A DNA stretch of 64,000 nt from Klebsormidium nitens (taxonomy: Eukaryota > Plantae > Klebsormidiophyceae). Below are positions 34,263 to 46,106 of this stretch, one piece after another; the stretch's first letter is position 1, and every line of letters begins with the position of its first letter. Made by a program: the position numbers and the translations under genes. Under the pieces are notes generated by a model. The model was not told the DNA's origin. It saw only the letters and a list, made by a program, of their open reading frames with translations, and ran no database searches. The stretch is taken from contig DF237379.1 in assembly GCA_000708835.1 (NCBI GenBank), forward strand, positions 1 through 64,000, in the 5' to 3' direction.

Positions 34263-35652
34263 CGCTCACATTCTTGCTGACATCATCTGATTCGTGACAG
34301 ACTGCTTTTGACCTCGAGAGATTTTCGTTTTACACCTAGGCAAACCTGCAGGTCAAGCAACTTCTCATGTTATGAACTGGAGGGCAAAAGTATCCGGTCA
34401 TCTACAAGAAGGTCGCCCAGTTCTGAGAACAAAAAGCAAGATAAGGCTTCATGGTGACAGTTTCAGAAGCAGGAGGCAGGTAGCCTCTCGTTGATCAGTG
34501 AGGGGGGTAGATGAAAGGAAAAAAGTTGCAGCAAGAAGGGTACTGTATGACTGTCTTGATGGGCCCCTGAAGGTAGATGCAACCAGACGCTGTTGATCCG
34601 CTCAAAGAAAGGACTGAAGTGAAAGGCAACTATCTAGAAGGGGCACTCAAAAGCAGGGGCTACAATTGCGTTTGGTGAGCAGTCTGTGAAGAGACACGCC
34701 ATGATCAAGTCAGTGCTGCCACCACATTCGGTAGACCCGACACGATCCTGTAAGCACCTAGCTTCGAGGAAGGAACTACCGCAGGCAGTAGCATAGTTTG
34801 TCCGCTCCTTCCCCCTCAGATTTTACCACACTATCCTCTCCAATATTACTACCTTTCAAAGCCCCAAAATGGCATCGGTTCCCAGGTGGTGTAGCATCTC
34901 AACCGCGATCGCCCATATTACCAATGCATTTGAGGCTGTGAAAAGGCCAAAAGGCAATGCCCTTCAAGTTGAAGGCTTGGGAAATATGTAGCTAGATTCC
35001 CGCAGTCAAGAAAATTCAGCAACGCGAGCTTGCTTGCAACTGACCTGCCAGCCCTCAAGGCAGCCAGACACCAACGTGACCAAGGACAGTTGCAACTTGC
35101 ACCTGGCCCAGGATCTTTTCAAAGGGGTTAGCACAGTCTAAAGTAGCTAGCCCACTGTGCAGGCAACCTGATGTCATATATGTAATACCTGTTGAGGGAT
35201 TTTTGATCAGGACCTTTGCCTATCTAGGTAGCCCAATGGGATACTAGATAGGTAGCCTGCTCAGGCTGTGCCTAAATGTGCCATGTGCGGAACGGTTCCG
35301 CCGGAACTGCCGGAACTACTTCTAAGTCAAACCCCGATCCTAAACCTCCCGCCCCATACCTCCGTAGCGGCCGGCCGCGAGCCTTGCCGCCGGCCAGTAC
35401 ACCAGTCTATAGTGCCAGCATTGAACTTTTGCGCAAGTTGGTCCATTTGCCAGCTCGGATCTGACCATTAATTGCGCCTGCGCCTGCGCGACTACAGTAG
35501 CTTGGGGCACGTTGGAGGGTGGCCTCTTGAAGTCAGTTGCTTTATTCTCAGGTCTTCGAACTTAAGCAGAACGTTTCCTAATAGGAGCTCGAGCTGACAA
35601 TCAGGACACTTGGAGACGGCTCTCCAAGCTCGACCTCCAAACCCCGAGACAA

Positions 35653-38600
35653 ATGGAACCCCTTCCTCTCTTCCGGTACTTCGTGAAGATGCAGACGGCT
35701 CTCAAAAAGATTGTGCAAAGTGGTCTGCTTCTAGGAAGCATCAAAACCGACGGGGAGTTTGACACGCAATATGACTCCAGTACCTACAGCGAGAAAGAGC
35801 GCCTTCTGGCAGGCGCAGTCAGGAAGCTCTACGGAGGCCTTTCTGAGAAGAATGTTTTCTGCTGTGGAGGATCGGTCAAGCTGCCAGAACATGACCAAAA
35901 GTTTCTAATCGTGAAGCTTTTGGATGGGGACCCCTGTGGATGCGCGCTCTCGTCGTCTTTTGACAATGCCCAAACCGGTGAGTTTGACCAACTTCAAGAG
36001 GGGACTGTCAAGTCCTGCTAACAACGAAGGGGGAAATGTGGCTTAGATATATGATGAAAAGTCCACTGGCAACGTACAAAAGGAGAGCAACATCTAGATC
36101 CGATGTCTTCTCATCTTCGCAGATTTCTCCCGCAAACGTTGTTCAAAAGCTAACAATTTTGCAAACTCATGCATGCTGTCAGTAGCTCATGCATGTTAAA
36201 GACTACAGCCGTAGTTTCATACGGAAGTAAACCCCTTTCGAAATTAATGCTTAAAAAGCTGCTGATTGCGTAGACTTCTCACCATTCGTTTAACTTCCAA
36301 AATGTTCACTCCCTGGGACCTGCAGTGCAAATCCTGCGCTTGCATATTTCTTTGCATGTGGCTTGGCAAAACCGGCAGACCTTCCGCATGAGTCAAGTTT
36401 TTCTGAAGAAGATCAAGCCATAGACGCATTCATCTGGTAGTAGCTAACCTCTTGAGCTGGAGACACTGCTAAACGATGATAACTCACTGCGGATATTCAA
36501 CTTACGGTGCAGGACCGAAGACTACTCTTGCTGAGAGTATTACGAACCTCATCCTCAAAAGTGTGATTGAGAAGAGCACCGTCGCAGGATTTGGAGACCT
36601 AAAAGAAGGAGCAAACGTGGTCGATTACACCATCAGAAAGGCTTGGGAAGCGTACTTTCACCTGGATTTTGACTATCCCAACAAGCCAGACAGCAGAAAG
36701 TATATTCCAGGATTGTCGAGGGTAAGAAACTCAAGAATACGTTTAAGTTGAGTGTTTGGAACCATTTTAATTACGCTTTTGCTTTTGAACCTCAGTGTTT
36801 GAGCCTCTGTTCTTTCGTCTGCAACCCTTCTTGTTGACGGCACCAATAAGAATTCGGCTTAGCGGCTTGGAGGAGAGAGTGTCTCTTGTGTAGTGAGGGC
36901 AGGTTGCATGCCCCGGCCTCACGTGCTTCCGGCCCTCAAACAGGCCTTGAAAACTGCTTGTTTGCCTGACAGTCAATAGGAACTGCAAGAACAGCCTTCG
37001 ATCGACGTTCCGCTGGGCCCCAGACTTTTGACGTGTTCTTCTCACACAGGTCAAAGAAAGCTCTAGATCTCCGAGAAAGGAGCTCAGACAAAGCAGAAAA
37101 GCACACTCTTTTCTGTAGAGATATCTTCACTCCGGCCTCAAAAGAGAAAAGTTTAAGGAAATTTACGAAGCTCCAGAGTTAAAAACTCAGCGCTTCACTC
37201 CAATGCTACTGTGAGGCCGCCACGCAAACGGGATTGCGCCGGCAGATCATACCTGCTGTCACAGCGGACCGTCAAAACAGTGCAGTGCATCTTTTCAGGA
37301 GGGTCTCGTCCATATGGGACATGGGGGCCAAGATCGGCTGGATCGGTTAAAGGGGCGAGCAACGGTCGAAGCGGTCTCAGCAGAGCTACTAGAGACGAGC
37401 CAAAAGAAACGGAGCGCGGAGGATCCGGAGTACTACACAACGACCTTCACGGCCAGAGTAAGTGAAGTTAATAGCCGTCGTTAACCATCTTGGTAAGCTT
37501 TCCACATTCAAGCTTAATTGTAGGTCTGCTTCTTGTTCCGTCATATCGCTTTTTCAGTGATGCCAATATTGTCTGCAGAGTCATGTTGAATCATGAACCT
37601 GCTGCTTGAGTCTAACCTGCACACATATTTGAGAGTGCCTGTCGATTGGCAGAACTCTCGCAAGCCAGGTGACAAGAGGCTTGATCTTTCCGCAGGTCGC
37701 AGAAGAAGGTCGCTCCCTGAAGACAACGGTCACCGCGGGCAAGGTGAAGGAGCCCCAGAAGTCTAGAGTTTACCTCGCTTACTACGACAAGGATGCCCTA
37801 GAGCTATCTTACGAGTGCGAATGCGGAGAAAGAGCGGCGAAGACCACCCCAACCTGGTGTGACCACGCCGTGGCCGTTCTCATCAAGATGGTTGACCCAT
37901 ACGCGGGCGAAGCGCGCCCGGAATTTCACTATCACAAGGTAGGGCTAAAGACGCTCCTTTTGAAAAGCAAGCAGCAGCGTTTGAATGCTGGCAAACGTCT
38001 CTTCAAACTCCTAACGCTAATGCATGCAAGGCATGGTTCTTAAGGAAGCCTTAAGCAGCTTTCATGAGCAATTGCGCTGCATTAAGACAACCAGCGACAA
38101 TCTACCGACGCTCACTACATGAAGATCGTGGATCCAGAAAACCATCTTCAGTTTGAAGGCTCCCCAGAGCTTCTGATCTTTCGAGCGCGTCTACATCGCG
38201 CTTTCCTTCCAGTGGTCCAGGGGCTCTATAATTACGGCACAGACCTCACTTGAATCACCAAATCCGATAGAGATCACTCTCTTTTTGCAGGCTCTCTTTC
38301 TGCAACCCATCATGGAGCACATCAAGGAGCGCATGAACCATGGCGCTCGAATCTCTCTCCTGCCTTACAAGATCAATGTCTATGGGGAGGGCGGCTTCTT
38401 CAAGCCCCACGTGGACTCCCCCCGCGACGTGGAGAACATGGTCGGGACGCTGGTGGTCTGCCTGCCGTCGGAGCACGAGGGCGGTGAGTCGCTACATGCG
38501 AGCAACTCCGGTGAAGATCGTCATGTCGTTCGCGGAATCGTATATAAGTGAATTACTTGCGTTCAAGGATTTGCATTAATTGGCGGACCGGAAACCTTAA

Positions 38601-40061
38601 ACAGCCTGAAAGAGACTTCCCAGCCATCTGAGTTGTAAAAATGTCCAGTTTTCTTCTACTTTTAAGATCTTCAATCCGGCGGACGTGATGCACCTCTACT
38701 TGATCTTCAGTCTGGCAGATTACACAAGTTTTTCCAAGGTTTGTCTCAGTCAATTTTTAGACCTACCTGCATCCGAAACGGACAGCGTGTGGTTATGTAC
38801 CCAGCCTGAAGTTGGAACCTGAGTTTCCTCACGCTCCGTTGTCATCTGCGAAGACTTTTTTTTTCATAAACTAATCACTGTTGTCGCTGACGATCCAGAT
38901 TTCCGACCCCGTTAAGATGCTCTCGTCTCCCTTTCAGGAGAGCTTGTCGTCTCTCACACGGGGGTCAACCACGTGTTCGACTTTGCCCCCCTCTCGGGTG
39001 ACCGCGAGCGAGTCCAGTGGGCCGCCATGTACGGCGACTGTCTGCACGAGGTCAAGGAGGTGAAGAAGGGCTACCGGGCTACGCTCACCTTCAGCATCAT
39101 CCAAGAAGGAAAAGCAGGGAAGACGGACGACAGGATATGGGATCCTCGCCCTTTGAAATATGCTCGTTCGCGCGATAACTTGGCGGAGACTGGTTACAAG
39201 GTCACCTACCCCTCCTCATCAACCAGATACGAGTATCCAGAAATTGAGGTGCGTAACCAATTCTTCCCCTTGATCTAGCTTTTTCTGGTCACAATTGTCG
39301 AAGCTCCTGCCAGATGTTGCTTCCTTCAAAAACCCGTCTGTGAGCAATAAGACGTCCCTCATGCTGTCGTTAGGCGCGAACGATGATGGAAGGAGATATG
39401 CGGACGGGTCATTACAAGAGGATTCGCTGAGACCTCCTTGCATTGATGTTGTTTTTGACAATTTCAAATATGCAAGCAAAAACGCCCTAGCTAGTTACTA
39501 TTTTTCTGCTTTCAGGAGGAGTTCAGCGACGGCCCCTGGAACAAGCTGGAGGCAGAGCGGGAGGCGCAGGCCATCGTGGAGTCCCTTCGAGCGCTCGACC
39601 CGGCCCCCAAGTTCGTCACCATTCTTCTCAGCCACGACTACACGCAGGCCAACTTGCTCCGCCCCGACATTCTCAAAGGGACCGACTGGCTGCTGCACCA
39701 GGCGCTCACCCAGACATTTCCGGTGGAAGTGCTGACGGTAGTGACGCGCGACCATTGGACTATTCCGTACAGTTCTGATGAAGACTATAACGGGATGAGG
39801 GGCGCCTCCAGGTTTTCGTGCTACGCTTTCACGAAGGAGGACCTGGCTTGGCTGGTGGGGGAGGGGCCCAAGCCGGCGTACAAGTGGGAGGCGGCCGCGG
39901 CCGCGGGCCGGACGCTGCTCGTGGCGCCGACGGCCGCGCAGAAGAAGAAGCTGGAGCAGCGAGAGAGTGGCTACTCGGGGAATCAGTACGTGGAGGGCGC
40001 GGAGTCGCTGTGCGTGTACTTTGAGGCAGCGCTGGTGATTGAGCTGGCAAAGAACGTTTGA
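35653..40061 (+). CDS. 2OG-Fe(II) dioxygenase (P4H/2OG-FeII_Oxy_3-like) with internal SWIM-type zinc finger, 7 exons, ~660 aa
   Basis: Exons 35653-35977, 36513-36721, 37299-37457, 37696-37938, 38291-38483, 38938-39248, 39516-40061 join in frame. Motifs: FCCGGS, AGFG...VVD..IRKAWE, YKINVYGEGGFFKPHVDSP (HxD), GTLVVCLP, GDCLHEV (distal His), GYRATL (2OG-binding Arg), ILLSHDY, YSGN. Confidence 0.85.
38620..38756 (-). mobile_element. Fragment of a group II intron-encoded protein (C-terminal Zn/HNH endonuclease domain) inside a spliceosomal intron
   Basis: KLTETNLGKTCVICQTEDQVEVHHVRRIEDLKSRRKLDIFTTQMA fits the CxxC...EVHH(V/I)R...F..QMA pattern of organellar maturase En domains. It stops before the expected NRKQ.PLC part. 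Locally AT-rich. Confidence 0.7.
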
Positions 40062-40837
40062 TGGACGAATTGAAGTAGTATACTCTAGGCGGATAGAGAC
40101 GTGGAACAGAACTTGCAACGGGCTCGTTGACTCAGCTCATGAATAAAGAACTGACCTCTGCTCGGCCAAAGGTGATCTTGCCATTACTGTGTTGACGAAT
40201 CGTGATTCCTGAGCCAGCAAAAGAAGACCATATTTGCGTGTTCCGTATATCGGAAAGGTTTAGTTGCATGCTCTGATCTCGGCTTCGTCATACTTCAGAA
40301 TTGCGAGCGATGACGCATGCAATCATGTGCTTGCGGCAGCAGGCATGGACCAAGCAAAATTGTACTTGCGGAGCTGCCGGCCGGTTGAAATCCTGGCTTC
40401 AATGTCTCATTAAGCTTGCATGTACATCCTTTCTATGGTTAGCCAGCCGGCCCGACACGTACACAGCTTGAGCATATGAAAGTATGTGCATCGTCGCCGT
40501 CGGGTCTGCATGTGTGCGCAAGCACGGCGGCCCAGATCACATATCGGTTGTGCGAGCCAGAATGGACGTGCAACAGCTCAGGAGACGGACAGAAATGCAC
40601 GAAAACCATGTGCATGACCAGTCATTTGCCGCTTTACGTACCAGCTTGATACGGGACACTACTAACATGATACACTGAGTCAAGGAGGTGTTCGATATTG
40701 GAATATCTGCAATTGTTCCGGACTTCTGCGAAGGTGGTCCAAGTGCTGCTCGTACCCCGTTTTCTGTATATGATACAAGTGATCTGACATCAAACAGATA
40801 TTTTCGCCAAAGTGTCGTGCTACGAACCCAATGCTAG

Positions 40838-43494
40838 TCAACTTTTGCTCTTAACGTTCCTCGCCAATCGTTCCCGAGAGACTGCCTTCCGTTTCGAACT
40901 ACCTTTGGTCAGGTCCGCCGCTGCCGAACCTGACGTGGTATCCTTTTCAGGTCCCTTTGCGGCTGGTAAACCGGCTGCTTTCGCATCCGTTGCTCCTCCG
41001 GAACCTTTACCCCGTTGACTCTTCGCGTCTCCTTTGGCGGCGCCCTTCGGAGCTGCTTTTGAAGCCGTTTTCGAAACCCCTTTTTGCCGGCCCTTTGCAT
41101 CGTCCGACCAAATTGCCCTCTCAACGTCCGAAGGCGTCCATGGCTCGCCCGTTGACTTACACCCGAGATCCTGCAGTGAAATGAACCGGCTGTTTCAACT
41201 TCGCACCGACGCGCATGGTCCCCAGCGGACACAAACGGAAAAACAAAGCATGTGTCCCTTAGGCATTTTCAATCTGGTGGTGAGAGTAGCTTGCCAGATC
41301 GTTCCCCAGCAAACCACCGAAGAGGATACTGATAGCATCGACTAAGAAGGACTTTTCTTCCAAAAAAGCTGCTGATCAAGCGAGACTTGGGCAGTCGCAA
41401 ACACCACTTGGGCAACTCGAAAGTCCGTGCAAACCCTGCAAAAGTGACCTTCGGCAACAAGATCGGGCAGAAGAGTATAACGCCAAGAAAGAAGACTCAG
41501 GTCAAGAAAGGTTGGCAGCAGGACGTGAAACTTTGCGACTTCCATGTGAAACGGCTTTCGCGAACAGCAAGACCAGAACGAGGACATAAACCGATGAACG
41601 ACTCTCTCTTTGTTGTCTTCCTCTTAAGACCGTCAAAGATCGGAACTTAGCTTCAGTAAGATTGACTATTTTTGGGCCCTCCCCCGTCATGCAGTTCAAC
41701 TCTGCCGCCTCTGTGGCGATAGTTTGCCCCTTCAGAAGGACCTAAACACGCTCAGCAGTGGGAAATAGAAAACGTTTCCAGCCAAAAGCACGATACTACC
41801 AACAGTCTCTCCGTTCCTTTCAACAGCCTCTCTGCTTCGGCGGCCAGGCTTTCCAGGCTCTAGTCGATTTAGTGGAATCTTTTCGCCGTCAATCAGTCTC
41901 CTTGACAGCTTACGAGACGCCGTTCAGTGGAATTCCTCCAGTAAACTCCAAGTTTTCTAAGACAAGATGATCAAGAGTGCAGAACCAGACGAGAAGATCT
42001 TCCTTTAACGATTTGCTCACGTCCCACAAAGGTCTTATCTTTGCAATCGTGACCAATCAGCCAAAGGTTCCAAAAATGTCTTCTATAAAAAGTCAGCCAG
42101 AGACATCCCAAAAAGTAAGTGTAACGTTTTTGCCAGAGGCGAGCCACCAAGCTCTTAAACGCAAAGGCCGCACCTTCGCTTTCGCTGTCAGTGCTTCCGC
42201 CAGTTCCGCATACTTCTTGGGCGTATAGTCCTTGGTTCCTTTCAGCGCCGCCGCAAGCGCCTCGTCCGACATGAAAGGCGCCAGATTAGGAGAGTGCGCC
42301 GCAAGCACGGCGCTTGCCGTCGCCGGTCCAATGCCCTTGAGCTCCGACAGAATCTTGATTGCTGACTGGACGTCCGGGAGCGCCGCAAAAGCCCGTTTTG
42401 AGGTTTCGATGATGTCAGTCTCGGCGGCATCTTTGGCGTAGCCCAGCAGTCGCGGCCTGTAGGAGGATTGGATTATAAAATTGGGCCACGAAGTCAAGGG
42501 GTGTACAGAATTTGCTTTAAAGCTCGGCAAACGGGGGGTAAAACCGAGGTTCTTTTTTATGCGACGATGGGGTGAAGAACCGTTCAGATTGGCCAAGACG
42601 ACAGCGTTGACCTTTTGTTCGACTGACCCACGAGGTGGCAACACGACCTTCTGTCCAAGCAGGACAGACCCTGGTCCAGATCCTTCTCCCATTGACTGCA
42701 AGAGAGCTTCTTGGATCTACACACAGGGTTGTTATCAAAGTGATGCGAAGATTACCTCGTATGAGATGTCTGTGGCCACTTCTACTTCCTGAGAGAGTAG
42801 TCTGAGTTGCTATGCAAAGGTGAGGGTGAAGTCAACACAAGGAAATCAAAATTGGTCGCGATATTGCGCCCCAGATGCCTCATGAAAATTCCAACAAATC
42901 GAGAAGTCAAAAGAAGAAAGAGGGGGTGCGACCAACGGCATGACAAATCCAGTGGGACACTAGATGAGAGTGGGGCACTGTTGAGGGAAAGACTTTTGGA
43001 TGCGTGCAGTTCTTTCTGAGGGAACGATGTGGCATGCACAACAGTCATAAAAACTTCTCCTGGGCTTTATGTTGCAAAGGGCCAGCAAACAGCGCTGCCC
43101 CCAACTGTGCCCTCATTGCTTTTCACCAGCTTTTGGGGCGCCCAAACTCTAAGCGCGCTCCAGTGAGGACTGTCTAGATGGCACGAAACTTTTGAAGCGC
43201 AGAGTCGAGTGACATGTAGGCAGCCCCAGGCATATTAAACCAATCATTTCAAATCCAGTCTCCTGCAACTTACCTCCACTTTCCACGGGTAAGTTTCCAG
43301 TCGACGATCTTCACTAGCTCGTCCTTTGTGACATAGCCTGCATTCCCCCGTTCTTTAAGAGTCTTCACCAACTCAACTCTGTAAAAGTCGTCCAAGTCCA
43401 CAAGGCGCTCCTTTCCTAGCCCCTGCAACCTAGCAGGATACTCATCTAGAGCTGCCTCCCACAATGCAGAGTCACTGCTCTCATACAACGCCAT
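40838..43494 (-). CDS. Conserved helix-hairpin-helix protein (HhH-GPD glycosylase-like fold; resembles, from memory, the family of Arabidopsis At3g12210) with a Lys/Ala-rich tail, 3 exons
   Basis: Exons 43494-43274, 42456-42174, 41170-40838. Motifs WKLTRGKWRPRL, LKGIGPATASAVLA (HhH), APFMSDEA, WTPSDVERAIWS. Confidence 0.85.
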
Positions 43495-46106
43495 CAACGG
43501 GCTGGACTACATGCAATTGTGATGCTGCCAACGTGGAACTGCTTTCCAGCTGAAAACCGAAGCCCTGGACCGCGCAGTTGGTCACAACAGTATGCCGCTT
43601 TGAGATGGGCTGAGTTGAGAGGTGCTTTTTTTGTGCTGGCGCCCCAGCTTGGGTTTACGTCAAGCGTTTGAACATTGGCACATTCCAGCTTCTTGACCTT
43701 ACTTCTGAACCTTCGAGCCCTGCTGCAAGCCTCTTGCCAACCGAATGCCAAATAGCGGGCTTGACTAGGGCTAGGGTGCGCAAGCAGCATTGCACAATTG
43801 TGCGGCATTGAATTTGTACTAGTAACTGTAGTATACAGGCTCAGCAGCATTGTACGCTGCTAACTGGAAGTTCCCGTTACCGAGAGCTTCAAACTAGCCA
43901 TTACCGCTCGCTACCTTTGGGTACTCTGAAACAGATCTCCAAAAGATCTTAGATTTGTGGCTCCACGTCGCGCGCCGTCAGCATCGAACGCCTAAAGTAG
44001 TTCCCTCAGTCCCAACGAATCTGATCGGATGGTCATGAAGCCATCACGTGCAAGGAGTCGCGATGCGGGTTCACTTTTGCCTGGCGCTTTTGCAGTTTCA
44101 ACAGAAAGTTTGGTCAAGTACCCAAGCGGGTTAACTTCGTCTGTTCGCAACCACTCCCGCCACGACGTCAACAATCCTGCAACCAGGCAAAACTCATCGA
44201 GCAGCTCTTCGATTCGTCAGCATTGGCAGTACGGTAGGTGTTGGAAGGAGCTTTGTGCAAGCGGCGGTGTGGTTACTAAACTGCGGGTTCCTGCCTTTGG
44301 CTAGCCCCCACATTGTGTCCTTGGGTAGCTTTGCAAACCGCAAGGATGCAGTCCACCATGGCTGCCCTGTCGCAGCGGGTGAACCTTGGGGCGGGCCTGG
44401 CAAGAGCTGTGCCGCAAGCGCAGGCTTCCTGCGAGGTAATGTCTCTTCTGTCTTCATGCGAACAGTACACGCTGTGGACATAGTAGACAGCTTCTGCTGA
44501 AAGTGGTTTTGGCAGGTTCTGATCTCGCTTGGGACCAAGACTATGAACCTAGATCTGGCTCTTGCATTGGGAAATTGATGTGTCTGTACAGCACTTCTGT
44601 CCCTAGGTCTCCGGTTCAGTCAGGATCTCAGATGTGTTGCTTGTGGTGCTTACCTGTGTGAGATGCTTTGCTGAATCCGCACTGAAGAGTTGATCAGGAA
44701 GCTGGCATTAAAAGCCAGTCCGGTTTTCCTGTTGCAGGGTGCTTCGCCCGTTCGCCGATGGTCTCACAGCAATAGGAGGATTGATGCAGGTAAAATATCT
44801 CCCTCTGGCAAGTGATTGAGTGTGCTGTCTCTGCTTTCTTGAGAGCGAAGGTTTCCACTTGAGACTGTGATATCCTCTTCGAGGAGTCGGACAATGCTCG
44901 AGGTTTTGTCATTTCTGAAGGTGATAGCTCTTTCTATGCCTTGAGCATTTAGAGGTTCAGTTTCTGTCTATTCTCTCACCTTTCAATCTGCTGGGCCCTT
45001 TCGCCTGCGCCACTCCCCGATTGGTGTCTGTCTTCGCCTCTCATGAATCCGTTCTGTTTGCAGTTTCTGCCAAGGGGCTTGGCTTCCATACATCCTCGTC
45101 TCTCCAGGGTGCAAAGGTCAGGATTCTTCGCTTTGAACTTGTACACCTCCAGCCAGCCGGGTGAAACTTTTGGCTGCCTCGTCTTTCGTTTTGTTAGTTT
45201 TTCCATACCTGCACGCGCGATTCAACCACTTGTAAGATCTGAGCCTGTTTGAGCTTGATGCAAATGACTAGCGAGGCAGAGCTGTGTAGGATTTACAGCG
45301 CCCCGTAACAGTATACTAGAATGCTGATTCAGAAGGAGGACAGGTCCAAAGCTCTGGCCGTTAACATCGGAGTTCGTACTTCCGTTAATTTGTTAGATGT
45401 CATTTTGCCCCTTTTCCGTGGTCAAATAAGAAGAGGTGTCGGCATTGCTACCTCATGAAAGTCTTCAGATCAAGGCGCTTATGCCCTCCGTTGATTCTGA
45501 CCTCCGAGCATCTGCCATGGTGGCACTTGGCACAACCCTTCAGTACTGTATGCATGTCATTTTTCTGGGATTTTTTGTGGCCAGCCTTGTTGCAGTCTCC
45601 AAGGGGACGGTCAACTACATTCGCTAGTCTTTTAGGGTTGTGTGAGCTCCCGCTTCTTGTACTATATCATAGTCCCCTGGTTTGCCTGCTTCTCGTATCT
45701 TGTCAAAAGTCCTCTAGTTTGGCATCTGTTTCAACGCATCTGCTGTTGCAACCAAAAGAAGCTCAACAGGTTCATGCAGCCGCCAGTCTGATGCAATTTT
45801 CTCAGAGTTTAGGGGCCTTCAAGCAGCAACTGACATATTTCTTTTCCATAAGTGCCTGCGCTGTCCTATTCATGTTCACTCAGCCGCTAAAACAGGGCGA
45901 TCTTCCTTGAAAAGGTTCCAGATCCCTAAAAGAGGGGCAAAGCAAAGTTTGTTAATCGGCGATATTCATCTCGCACCAATCATATTGTGTTTTCCACATG
46001 CTCCCCATACTCTGATAGGCACGATGCTTTGAAGAAGGTGTGGAATGAAGAGTCTACACCACTTGCTCATCGGGGCTCATCGATCTGTTACTGTTCCTTT
46101 TTCCAG

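Noticed and set aside
41340-41960. LRR-like snippets (ELPKWCLRLP; LENLEFTGGIP) in the HhH gene intron
   Set aside because: Too short, and they do not fit the LxxLxLxxN register.
43850-45250. Several minus-strand ORFs with splice-like ends upstream of the HhH gene
   Set aside because: I could not build a consistent frame or recognise a domain; may be UTR or an unresolved gene.
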